Below are positions 16,946-25,507 of a DNA stretch of 64,000 nucleotides, piece after piece. Both the position numbers and the translations under genes were made by a program. Positions within the stretch are counted from its first letter, which is position 1. The number at the start of each line of letters is the position of its first letter. The notes under the pieces were generated by a model, which was not told the origin of the DNA, did not search any database, and worked only from the letters and a program-made list of their open reading frames with translations. Source of the stretch: Dehalococcoidia bacterium (GTDB lineage Bacteria; Chloroflexota; Dehalococcoidia; DSTF01; RBG-16-68-14); assembly GCA_040882355.1 (NCBI GenBank), contig JBBEBM010000004.1, forward strand, positions 112,482 to 176,481, written 5' to 3'.

Positions 16946-17410
16946 TCCAGCCTCGAACCCCGAGCTTCGAGCCGCTAGCTTCGAGCGTCTACAGTTCGTA
17001 CCTGGTGCCGACGCTGGTCTGGATGAACGCGTCCGGCCCTCACCCCTGCCTACCAGCTTCCCCTCTCCCATTGGGAGAGGGGCGTGAGCTAGGAAGACGT
17101 TTCATGCAGCCGCCGACTCGGGGTGAGGGTCGCGGCGCTCCCGCCTCGAGCTTCGAGCCTCGAGAACCCGCCTACAGCTCGTACCGCGTGCCGGCGCTGG
17201 TCTGGATCCCTCACTCCTGCCCTTCGCTTCGCTCGAGGGCGGGCTCTGCCGGCATCCCCTCTCCCATTGGGAGAGCGGCGCGATCGAGGCGGGCGTTGCA
17301 TGGAGGCGCAGAGTCGGGGTGAGGGTCGCGGCGCTCCCGCCTCGAGCTTCGAGCCTCGAGGACCCGCTACAGCTCGTACCTGGTGCCGACGCTGTTCTGG
17401 ATGAAGGCGT
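16946..17410. repeat. About 2.4 tandem copies of a 186-196 bp unit duplicating the last ~70 nt of the MBL-hydrolase gene 17367-18353 plus a downstream 23-nt perfect palindrome
   Basis: The string gagcttcga..tacagctcgtacc..gtgccg.cgctg.tctggat recurs at 16962, 17148 and 17344. cccctctcccaTtgggagagggg occurs at 17060-17082 and a near-identical copy at 17256-17276. gtcggggtgagggtcgcggcgctcccgcc occurs at 17116 and 17312. Confidence 0.75.
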
Positions 17411-18353
17411 CGGGGAGGCAGGCTGCCAGCGCGTGGATGGCGCGCCAGCCGGTGCAGTGCGCGGGCACCAGCACCTCCGGCGCCAGCGCGGCGAGCGCCT
17501 CGCAGGTCGCGCCGATGATCGGCTCGAAGAGGGGGCCGTTCAGGTGGAAGCCGCCAATGACTGCATAGACGCGCTCGACGCCGGTCAGCTTCTGCGCGTA
17601 ACGCACGATGTTGACGACGCCGGCGTGGCCGCAGCCGGTGAGCACGACGAGCCCCTTGTCGCGGACGTGGAGGATGGCGGCCTGGTCGTCGAGGATGAGT
17701 GGGTCGGGCTGCCAGTCGCCGTCGCGGAACGCCTGGTGGATCGGGAAGCCCTTCTCGAACTCCGTCGTGCGGTCCACCTCGCCCGTGATCAGCAGCGAGT
17801 TGTCGAGCAGGAACGACGGCTGCCGCTCCTCGATCACCTCGAAACCGGCGCCCTGCAGCGCGGACTTGCTCGTCGAGGGCAGCTCGAACGGGTCGCGCCC
17901 GGGGATGGCGATCCGGCGTCGCGACCAGAACTCAGGGTGGATGATCACCGGCAGGTTCGGCCGGCCGAGCGCGCGTACCAGCCCGTCGAGGCCGACGGTG
18001 TGGTCGAAGTGGCCGTGGCTGAGCACGATCGTCTCGAAGTCCTTCGGCGAGAGGTCGAGGCGGCGCATGTTCTCGACGAGGCCGTCGGGCGTCACGCCCG
18101 CGTCGAAGAGCACCCGATGCTCTCGCCTGTTCTTCGTGACGCTGATCAGCGCCGAGAAGCCGTGCTCCGCGAGCAGCGCCTCGGTGACCTCGCCCGCCTC
18201 GAGCAGCGGCGCTCGCACGCGCGGCGGCCGCACCGTCGACGCGAGGCCGACACGCTTCGCCGGGCCCTGGTCCAGCAGCAGGCTGTCGGTCACGTTGTCG
18301 ACGAGGACGGTGATGTGAACGGAGTCGACCGGTTCGAGATGGATCGTGGTCAC
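17367..18353 (-). CDS. MBL-fold metallo-hydrolase
   Basis: 328 aa. HxHxDH motif SHGHFDHTVG, plus later His/Asp ligands (GCGHAG). Confidence 0.8.
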   Translation of the reverse strand: MTTIHLEPVDSVHITVLVDNVTDSLLLDQGPAKRVGLASTVRPPRVRAPLLEAGEVTEALLAEHGFSALISVTKNRREHRVLFDAGVTPDGLVENMRRLDLSPKDFETIVLSHGHFDHTVGLDGLVRALGRPNLPVIIHPEFWSRRRIAIPGRDPFELPSTSKSALQGAGFEVIEERQPSFLLDNSLLITGEVDRTTEFEKGFPIHQAFRDGDWQPDPLILDDQAAILHVRDKGLVVLTGCGHAGVVNIVRYAQKLTGVERVYAVIGGFHLNGPLFEPIIGATCEALAALAPEVLVPAHCTGWRAIHALAACLPDAFIQNSVGTRYEL

Positions 18354-18448
18354 TGCTCTACCTCCTTACCAGGATATGGCGCGGCTTTGCATGCCAAACG
18401 CCGCCCGTTCGAGGGCCGAACCAGCGACTAGCAACTAGCGCGCGACGG

Positions 18449-19807
18449 TCAGTACTCGCTCACACCGGTGAAGGTCCACCCTCTGATCTTGAGCGCGGGC
18501 ACCCGGCTGACGCCGATGATCGCCTTGCAGAGCATCGAGGTCTTGCCGATCGCCTCGACGTTGTTCATCGCCTCGAGGTAGCTCTGGGTGAAGCGCAGGT
18601 TCCTCACCGGCGAAGTGATCTTGCCGTCCTCGATGAGGAAGGTGCCGTCTCGCGTCATGCCCGTAACGACGACGTTGAGCGGGTGGACGGGCCGCGTGTA
18701 CCAGAAGCGGCTGACGAAGACGCCGCGCCTCGTTGAGGCGACCATCGACGAGATGGTCGCCTCGCCGGTGCCGAGGAACATATTCGATGGCACCGGGCCG
18801 AACGTGTTGCCCGAAGGCAGCGCGTGGCCGGTCGACTCGCGGCCCCGCCCGTCCGGCAGGCGGGCGTCCTTCCCCGCGGTGTAGCTGTCCCAGACCACCT
18901 CGCGCGCGATGCCCTGTTCGACGAACGTCACCTTGCGCTTGGGCACGCCCTCGAAGTCGAACGGGTTGGGCACGCTCTCCGGCGAGAGGCCGTCGTCCCA
19001 GATCGAGATGTTCTCGCCCATCACCCGCTCGCCGATGCGCCCCGACATGAAGCTGCGCTTCTCCTGGAACGCCTGCGCCCCGAACGACAGGTACATGAAG
19101 AAGTCGAGGATGTCGGTGACGGCGTACTCCTGGAAGACGACGTCGTACTCGCCGGGCGCGAGCTCGACCTGCTTCACGTTGCGCAGCGCCTTGTCGACGG
19201 CCTCGCGCGCAACCTCCTCGCCGTCGATCTCGCCCACGTCGGTGCTGATGCGCTCGGCGTGCCCGGAGCCGTTCTCGCCCATGATCACGGTGTTGATGTC
19301 GGCCAGCGTATCGCAGTGATAGGCGGAGATGCCGAGCGAGTTCGCGACGGCCATCTCCGCTGTCGCCGTGCGGAAGGCTCCCGCCGCGACGAGCCCGGCG
19401 CGCGAGGCGGCGTCGCAGACCTGGGCGACGACGGCGGCGCGCTCCTCCGGGCCGGTGCGGGCCGTGCGCTCGACGTAGGCGTCGGCGTGGGGGACCGGGC
19501 GCGGCCCGGGCAGCGACAGGAAGTCGGGGTTCTCTTTCTGGTGACGGGCGAGGTCGCGCGCGCGGTCTACGACGGCGCGCAGCCCTTCGTCGGAGAGGTC
19601 GTTGCTGGAGGCGACGCCGATCTTTTTGCCGACGACGGCGCGCACGCGCACGTCGGCGTCGCTCTGCTCGACGTTCTGATGGATGTAGTTGTTGGCGAAG
19701 CGGGTGAGGGCGCTGTTCGGCGCGAAGATCACGACCTCTGTCTGGTCGGCCTGGCTCATCGAGAGCACGCGGTCGCAGATGTTCTTCAGCTCAGTCTCGC
19801 CCAGCAT
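18449..19807 (-). CDS. pmbA: PmbA/TldE-family metalloprotease modulator
   Basis: 452 aa. Overall similarity to the TldD/PmbA (PF01523) family without the HExxxH motif, so the PmbA-type partner of TldD. Confidence 0.8.
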   Translation of the reverse strand: MLGETELKNICDRVLSMSQADQTEVVIFAPNSALTRFANNYIHQNVEQSDADVRVRAVVGKKIGVASSNDLSDEGLRAVVDRARDLARHQKENPDFLSLPGPRPVPHADAYVERTARTGPEERAAVVAQVCDAASRAGLVAAGAFRTATAEMAVANSLGISAYHCDTLADINTVIMGENGSGHAERISTDVGEIDGEEVAREAVDKALRNVKQVELAPGEYDVVFQEYAVTDILDFFMYLSFGAQAFQEKRSFMSGRIGERVMGENISIWDDGLSPESVPNPFDFEGVPKRKVTFVEQGIAREVVWDSYTAGKDARLPDGRGRESTGHALPSGNTFGPVPSNMFLGTGEATISSMVASTRRGVFVSRFWYTRPVHPLNVVVTGMTRDGTFLIEDGKITSPVRNLRFTQSYLEAMNNVEAIGKTSMLCKAIIGVSRVPALKIRGWTFTGVSEY

Positions 19808-19810
19808 CTG

Positions 19811-20584
19811 TCAGTCCTCCTCCGGCACGTAGGTACGGTAGTAGCCGACCTGCTCGAATCCCATCCGGCGGTAGATCGGCTCGCCCATCTCGGATGCCTG
19901 CAGGTTCGCGATCGCGCAGCCGGCGGCCGCGCCCTCGTTGAGCGCGTGGCGCGTCATCGCCTCACCGAAGCCGCGCCGGCGCGCCTCCTCAACCGTCGCG
20001 ACGTAGTAAACGCCGGCGACGCCTTCGGTAAAGACGAGCTGCGACGTGGCGACAGGCCGCCCGTCCCGGTAGCCGACGTAGCCGCGCCATTCGGGCGCCT
20101 CGATCAAACGCGGCGTGAAGACACCGGACAGTGTCGTCGTCTTCCACTCGAATCCCTCCGCGACGACCGCCGTGTGGTCGCGCAGCGTCGCTTCGTCGTC
20201 TACGAGCCGGACCGTGAGCTCCGAGACACTGGCATCCGCGCGCAGCGGGCTCAGGGCGAGGCATGGAATGCCGCCGTGCCGCTGCAGGCCCCATTCCGCC
20301 AGATCGTCCTCCGAAGGCGCGGGCGCCCCTTCGAGAAAGCGGAGGCGGAACGGCAAACCGCGATCGCGGAAGTAGGCGGACACCTCGGACAGCGTCTCGA
20401 CCGGGCGCTCCGGGCGCTGTTGCAGGAAGACGTTGTTGAACGACCGCATGGGCACGCTCGACGCCGCGATCGTCAGGCCGTCGCGCTCCCAGCACTCGCC
20501 GCCGTCGCAGGCGGACGCCCAGACCTGGGTCGCGCACACCAGGTTCGCGTCCGCGCCCGCGACGAGCGCTTCCGCCGTCATCAT
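19811..20584 (-). CDS. GNAT family N-acetyltransferase
   Basis: The C-terminal VATVEEARRRGFGEAMTRHAL acetyl-CoA-binding motif (R/Q-x-x-G-x-G/A) and fold length fit GNAT. Confidence 0.7.
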   Translation of the reverse strand: MMTAEALVAGADANLVCATQVWASACDGGECWERDGLTIAASSVPMRSFNNVFLQQRPERPVETLSEVSAYFRDRGLPFRLRFLEGAPAPSEDDLAEWGLQRHGGIPCLALSPLRADASVSELTVRLVDDEATLRDHTAVVAEGFEWKTTTLSGVFTPRLIEAPEWRGYVGYRDGRPVATSQLVFTEGVAGVYYVATVEEARRRGFGEAMTRHALNEGAAAGCAIANLQASEMGEPIYRRMGFEQVGYYRTYVPEED

Positions 20585-20690
20585 TGCGTGAACTCGTCCC
20601 ATGTGCGCGTCCCGCCCCCGTCCAACAACGGCGCAACGGTGCGCATCGACTGAATGTAGTTGGCGTCGGCCACGGCCGCGAGGTCTTCAG

Positions 20691-21539
20691 TCATGCGATG
20701 CTGTCGAGCTTGAGCACGCGCTTTGCGTTCTCGATGAGGATCTTCTGCTTGACCGCCTCGTCGAAGCCGAGGGCGTCGAAGTCGCTCAGCCAGCGTTCCG
20801 GGCTGATCACGGGGTAATCGGAGCCGAACATCACCTTGTCCTGCACCAGCGTCTTCGCGTACTGCACCAGCAGCGGCGAGAAGTACTTCGGCGACCAGCC
20901 CGAGAGGTCCATGTAGACGTTGGGCTTGTGGACGAGCATCGCGAGCTGCTCGTCCTGCCAGGGGAAGCTGGGGTGGGCCATGATGATCGTCAGCTCCGGG
21001 AAGTCGGCGGCGACGTCATCGATGTGCGGGATGGGTCGGGCGTATTTGAGCTTGATCCCGCCGCCTCCCGGCCGGCCCACGCCGACGCCGGTCGTCCCCG
21101 TGTGGAAGAGGACGACCAGGCCCAATCCCTGGGCGACCTCCCAGAGCGGGTAGAAGCGCTCGTCGTTCGGGTAGAACGCCTGCTGCTGCGGATGGAACTT
21201 GAGGCCGCGCAGCCCCAGCTCCGTCGCGCAGCGCTCGACCTCCCGGATCGCCGCGCGCCCCTTCCACGGATCGACGGACGCGAAGCCGGCGAACTGCTTC
21301 GGGTAGCGTTGCACGACTTCGGCAATGTAGTCGTTCGGGACCGGCGGCGCGCCGCTCGCCGTCTCAGAGTCGATGTGGAAGAGCACGCCGAAGATGTCGA
21401 GCGAAGCGTAGTAGTCAGCCATCTGCTCCGCCGTCTCGTGGGCGAGGGCCGAGCGAAAGTAGGCGCGCACGGCCGGGTCGCTCACGAGCGACGCGTGGCC
21501 CGGCGCCGGCGGATGGATGTGGACGTCGATGGCGCGCAT
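20691..21539 (-). CDS. Amidohydrolase-2 family metal-dependent hydrolase (TIM barrel)
   Basis: 282 aa. IDVHIHP at the N-terminus, then HTG ... MAHP ... FGSDYP: the metal ligands of the amidohydrolase_2 family. Confidence 0.8.
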   Translation of the reverse strand: MRAIDVHIHPPAPGHASLVSDPAVRAYFRSALAHETAEQMADYYASLDIFGVLFHIDSETASGAPPVPNDYIAEVVQRYPKQFAGFASVDPWKGRAAIREVERCATELGLRGLKFHPQQQAFYPNDERFYPLWEVAQGLGLVVLFHTGTTGVGVGRPGGGGIKLKYARPIPHIDDVAADFPELTIIMAHPSFPWQDEQLAMLVHKPNVYMDLSGWSPKYFSPLLVQYAKTLVQDKVMFGSDYPVISPERWLSDFDALGFDEAVKQKILIENAKRVLKLDSIA

Positions 21540-21943
21540 CAGGCGTCCCGCCTTCGCTTGCCGCGCTCAGTCTCAAGCTCATGCAGGCGAGCGTCGCTGA
21601 TGCCGAAGTGGTGCGCGACCTCGTGGATCACGGTGTCGCGCACGCGCATGACAAGGTCGTCGTCGTCGCGCGAGTGCCGTTCGAGCGGGCCCTGGAAGAT
21701 CGTGATCCGGTCGGGCGGCACCATGCCGTAGGCGGAGTTGCGCCTGGTGAGCGGGACACCCTGGTAGAGGCCGAGCAGCGTGCGCCCCGGCCCGAGCCCA
21801 AGCGACGCAAGCTGCGCCTGCGAAGGCCAGTCCTCCACCTGCACGTCTACGTTGTCCACGCGCTCCGCGATCGCCTCCGGCAGCTCGTCGAGCGCCCGGC
21901 GCACCAGCTCCTCGAAATGCTCGCGCTCCACAGCGATATCCAT
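21539..21943 (-). CDS. Zn-dependent metallopeptidase family protein (COG3824-like)
   Basis: HEVAHHFG HExxH-type motif near the C-terminus, ~135 aa from the internal Met MDIAVE. The upstream part of the track ORF is Arg-rich and probably spurious. Confidence 0.6.
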   Translation of the reverse strand: MDIAVEREHFEELVRRALDELPEAIAERVDNVDVQVEDWPSQAQLASLGLGPGRTLLGLYQGVPLTRRNSAYGMVPPDRITIFQGPLERHSRDDDDLVMRVRDTVIHEVAHHFGISDARLHELETERGKRRRDA

Positions 21944-21984
21944 CTTAGCAGGCGAGAGCAAGATGGAGAGGGCGTTTCCGTCGG

Positions 21985-22374
21985 TCAACCGGTCAGCTTG
22001 ACGGCGCGCAGGCCGGCCACGCGGTCGAACTCCGGGTCCTTGTGCACGAGCTCGGCGTCGTGCATGAGCGCGAGCGCCGCGATCCAGGCGTCGGCGAGCG
22101 AAAGGCCGCCGCCCGCCTTCACTTCGGCGGCGCGGCGGCGCCAGGCGGGCGCCGACTCGACGATCGTAACGGGCCACGCCTCGACTAGTCTGATGGCGGC
22201 GAGCGCTTCCTCAGCCGGGGCGTCCCGCAAGACTCGGTAGTGGAACTCCATCAGGGTGATGAACGCTAGGAAGACCTCGTTGCTGTCATCCAACAACAGA
22301 CCCGTGACGGTCTCGTAGCCGGGCTCCTGGAAGAAGACGGCTAGGACTGCGGACGTGTCGAGTACGTACGCCAA
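21985..22374 (-). CDS. vapC: Type II toxin VapC (PIN domain ribonuclease)
   Basis: 129 aa. MAYVLDTSAVLA at the N-terminus, a conserved Glu (LMEF), then LADAWIAALALMHDAELVHKDPEF: the canonical VapC acidic residues. Confidence 0.85.
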   Translation of the reverse strand: MAYVLDTSAVLAVFFQEPGYETVTGLLLDDSNEVFLAFITLMEFHYRVLRDAPAEEALAAIRLVEAWPVTIVESAPAWRRRAAEVKAGGGLSLADAWIAALALMHDAELVHKDPEFDRVAGLRAVKLTG

Positions 22375-22703
22375 CGGCGCTCCTCGTCGGCTTCGAGCTC
22401 GCGCTCGCGCACCCGTTCAGCCTGTCGCTCTTTCATGAACTTCTCAAAGGTGTAGCCGGTACCCTTCAGGAAGCCGACGGCCGCCTGTACTGGGTTCTTC
22501 GGTATTGGCATCACGTGGATCACCCCCTCGCGTACTTCCCAGCGCAGGCGGGTGCCGTGCTCGATGGCGAGCGCGTCCCGGACCTGCTTCGGGATCACGG
22601 TCTGGCCGCGCTCGTAGACGCCGGAGGTCTCAGGCTCGGTGTGCCCGGGCGTCTCCTCCGGCGGAGAGCCGGCGTCGTACTTGGCGCGTCTCTTTCGTGC
22701 CAT
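22341..22703 (-). CDS. vapB: Antitoxin VapB, AbrB/MazE/SpoVT-type DNA-binding
   Basis: 120 aa. VIPKQVRDALAIEHGTRLRWEV is a SpoVT-AbrB swapped-hairpin motif. Immediately upstream of vapC, with a 34-nt overlap. Confidence 0.7.
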   Translation of the reverse strand: MARKRRAKYDAGSPPEETPGHTEPETSGVYERGQTVIPKQVRDALAIEHGTRLRWEVREGVIHVMPIPKNPVQAAVGFLKGTGYTFEKFMKERQAERVRERELEADEERRWRTYSTRPQS

Positions 22704-22777
22704 GGTACGACGATTGTAGCAGTGTCAGACGGTCGTGTCAAGCGTCAGTCTGATTTGATGTTGGTCAGACGACGTGC

Positions 22778-24220
22778 CTACTGCATGATCCCGACCTGGA
22801 CGTTGCGGAAGCGGGCGGGCGCGGCGCCGTGGCCGGTGTGCGCCACCTGCTCCGGCTGGCCCTTGCCGCAGTTTGGAGTGCCCCAGACGACCCAGTCGCC
22901 GGGCCCGCAGACGCCATCGCAGGAACCCCAGAAGCGAGGCGTGATGCCGGTGTACGTCGCGTTCTTGAGGAGGTCGCCGAGCTTGCCGTTCTTGATCTCG
23001 CGCCCGATCTCCGTGCCGAACTGGAAGTTGAGGCGCCGGTCGTCGATGCTCCAGCTCCTGTTCGTCTCCATGTAGATGCCGTCTTCCGTGTCGGCGATCA
23101 GGTCAGCGAGCGACCAGCCGCCCGGGTCCAGGCTGACGTTGGTCATGCGGATCAGCGGAATGCGGTTCCAGCCGGACGCGCGCATCGAGCCGTTGCTCGT
23201 CTGGCCGAGCGCCGTCGCCGTCTCCCGCGACGTCAGGTAGCCGACGAAGGTACCGTTCCGGACGATCGGCGTCGAGTGAGCGGGCACGCCCTCGTCGTCA
23301 TAGCCGAACGTGCCCAGGCCGCCGGGGATCGTCGCGTCGGCGGTGATGTTGATGGCGGGCGAGCCGTAGGCGAAGCTACCCAGCTTGTCGACGGTGAGGA
23401 AGCTGGTGCCCGCGTAAGCCGCCTCGGTGCCGAGCACTCGGTCGAGCTCTATCGGGTGGCCACACGACTCGTGGATCTGGAGCGCGACTTGCGTGCCGTC
23501 CAGGATCACCGTGGTGACGCCGGACGGGCAGGGCTTCGCGCGCAGCAGCGCCGCGGCCTCCTCCCCGACGCGCTGGGCGTTGCCGGGGAGGTCCCATCGC
23601 TCGACGAACTCCCAGCCTTCAGTGCCCTGGTGCCGCCCGACGCTGTTCGGATACGAGCGCCGCTGCACCTCGCCTTCGTCGACGGCCGTCGCTTCTAGGC
23701 CGCAGCCTGTCTCGACGAGCGTCTGCTGGATCTCGCTGCCCTCGCTGCTGACGAAGAGCTTCTCATCGCGCTGGCAGTAGCAGCTCGCCTCCGCCATCAC
23801 GATCCCCGGCGTCCTTGTCATCCCCTCGTTTGCGCGAAGCAGGAGCGCGATCTTGTCGTCGAGCGAGACGGCGAACGGGTCCTGCACGACCGGCGTGGCG
23901 TAGCTGTCGACGTTAGCGACGGACGGGCCGAGGTCGGCTGGAGTGCCGCGCACCGTCGCGGACGCGCGGGCGATGCGCACCGCTTCGGCGGCGACGCGGT
24001 CCGCCTCATCCATGGTCATGCGATGGCTGCTGGCGAAGCCCCAGTAGCCATCGACCGTCACCCGCACGCCGAAGCCGATCGACTCGTCGTAGGTGAGGCC
24101 CTCGACGTTCTGGAGGCGCACCGTCACCGACTCCGCCTGCTGGCGCAGCACGCGCACGTCGGCGTAGCCGGCGCCCTTGCTGCGCGCGGTGTCGAGGGCG
24201 CGGAGGGCGAGATCACGCAT
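22778..24220 (-). CDS. tldD: TldD metalloprotease
   Basis: 480 aa. HESCGHPIE (HExxxH) and the GTSF/GYDDEG conserved blocks of TldD. Confidence 0.9.
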   Translation of the reverse strand: MRDLALRALDTARSKGAGYADVRVLRQQAESVTVRLQNVEGLTYDESIGFGVRVTVDGYWGFASSHRMTMDEADRVAAEAVRIARASATVRGTPADLGPSVANVDSYATPVVQDPFAVSLDDKIALLLRANEGMTRTPGIVMAEASCYCQRDEKLFVSSEGSEIQQTLVETGCGLEATAVDEGEVQRRSYPNSVGRHQGTEGWEFVERWDLPGNAQRVGEEAAALLRAKPCPSGVTTVILDGTQVALQIHESCGHPIELDRVLGTEAAYAGTSFLTVDKLGSFAYGSPAINITADATIPGGLGTFGYDDEGVPAHSTPIVRNGTFVGYLTSRETATALGQTSNGSMRASGWNRIPLIRMTNVSLDPGGWSLADLIADTEDGIYMETNRSWSIDDRRLNFQFGTEIGREIKNGKLGDLLKNATYTGITPRFWGSCDGVCGPGDWVVWGTPNCGKGQPEQVAHTGHGAAPARFRNVQVGIMQ

Positions 24221-24859
24221 CGGCCTGACTCCTGCTGAACGAGGCTCGGTCGGCGAACGTCGCGCCGCCTTCGGGCATCATATCCGCGCGGACGCTGGTG
24301 TCAACGTCACGCGCGCGTTGGTTCATCCGTCCCGCGCCCAAGTTGCAGGGTTTGATTGACCAGGCCGTTTGGCAAAAACGCCTCTTCGACAAGCTCAGGA
24401 CAGGCCATTCTCAGCGGGTGACGCCCGAAGCTGGCCAGGCCCGGAGCGCCCGGCTGTGAGTCTGAGCGGTCGTTTGATTGATCGCTGCGCCGACCAGGAC
24501 CGCGGGCCGCGTTCGGTCTGCGGCCGGCAAGCGTTCCGCTTCATTTCGTTTCGCAAAAACGCCTATCTGCTGGACATAACGTCGATCGATGTCCGGCAGC
24601 GAGTCTGCGAGAGACGCGCTTACCGGCCTCCTCCTACGAATAGTCATCGAGGGCCAGGGTAAGGGCGGGGCAGCAGAGCGCGAAGGCGGGGATGGCGCGG
24701 GGGCGCTGCTCCCACTCGTAGGTCCCACTCGTAGGCTGAAGTCCTTGACGCCGCTGGAGCGGTCGCAGCGCCCTGGCCAACTAGGCTTCGAAGCAGTCTG
24801 TGGTGGGTGGGCGTGCCGTCTCTTTCGTCGGAAGCTTCACCTCAAGAGCATGAGGCAGG

Positions 24860-25306
24860 CTACTGGCCGGGTGTCGAATCAGGGAGGCTGTCCGTGACGA
24901 TGAACTCGTCACCTTTCTGCTCGATTATGAGCCTCTTTCCCGAATCATTCCACTCCCCGCACGACGCCGTTCTTCTATAGACCTCGCGTCCTCCCTCTTT
25001 GACGGTGATGATCACGGGGATCGGTCTGTCGTCCACCTGATCTCTGGCCCCCCCGCCACAGTCCCTCCCCCAGTCTGCACTCGACTGCGGTTTTAGTTCT
25101 TGCAGGCAGTTGGCCGCTGCCGCGTCTAGTGGTGGTGACGGGTAGTAGCAAAGGGGTGCGTCAGTACGGTTGTCCAAGTTGAATAACACCTCTCCCTGAT
25201 GGAAGGGGAACCAGCCACAGCCAGCGACAATGACCGTCAACGGCACCAGCAGAGTCGCGAGGCACCGCCGTGCCCACCTCGCGGCGCCCCGGGCGGAACT
25301 CATGGC
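24860..25306 (-). CDS. Hypothetical lipoprotein (low-GC gene)
   Basis: Internal start MSSARGAARWARRCLATLLVPLTVIVAGCG is a signal peptide with a lipobox. Cys-rich mature part. GC is clearly below the surroundings. Confidence 0.45.
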   Translation of the reverse strand, partial: AMSSARGAARWARRCLATLLVPLTVIVAGCGWFPFHQGEVLFNLDNRTDAPLCYYPSPPLDAAAANCLQELKPQSSADWGRDCGGGARDQVDDRPIPVIITVKEGGREVYRRTASCGEWNDSGKRLIIEQKGDEFIVTDSLPDSTPGQ

Positions 25307-25507
25307 GGAGCGGCTCCTAGACCGGCTTGTATCACTTGTCGTCAGCCCCATCGGCAATAGGATAGCAACGCTGCCTTTCCCGCCAGGTTGGTGGTCGTGC
25401 CGTTATTATCGACCACTTGCGTGCGCCTGCGCCTGCGCATCGGCGTCTGGCTGCGATCGGGCGGCGGCGCAGGCGTGGCTGCGGGCCTGTGTGGTTGTAC
25501 TCAAACG

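Noticed and set aside
16891-17404. ORFs 16891-17322 and 17123-17404 on the plus strand
   Set aside because: They lie entirely within the tandem repeat region and read the duplicated gene-end copies in a non-native frame. The products are repetitive.
18824-20653. 609-aa plus-strand ORF antisense to pmbA and the GNAT gene
   Set aside because: Low-complexity translation. It fully overlaps two well-supported minus-strand genes.
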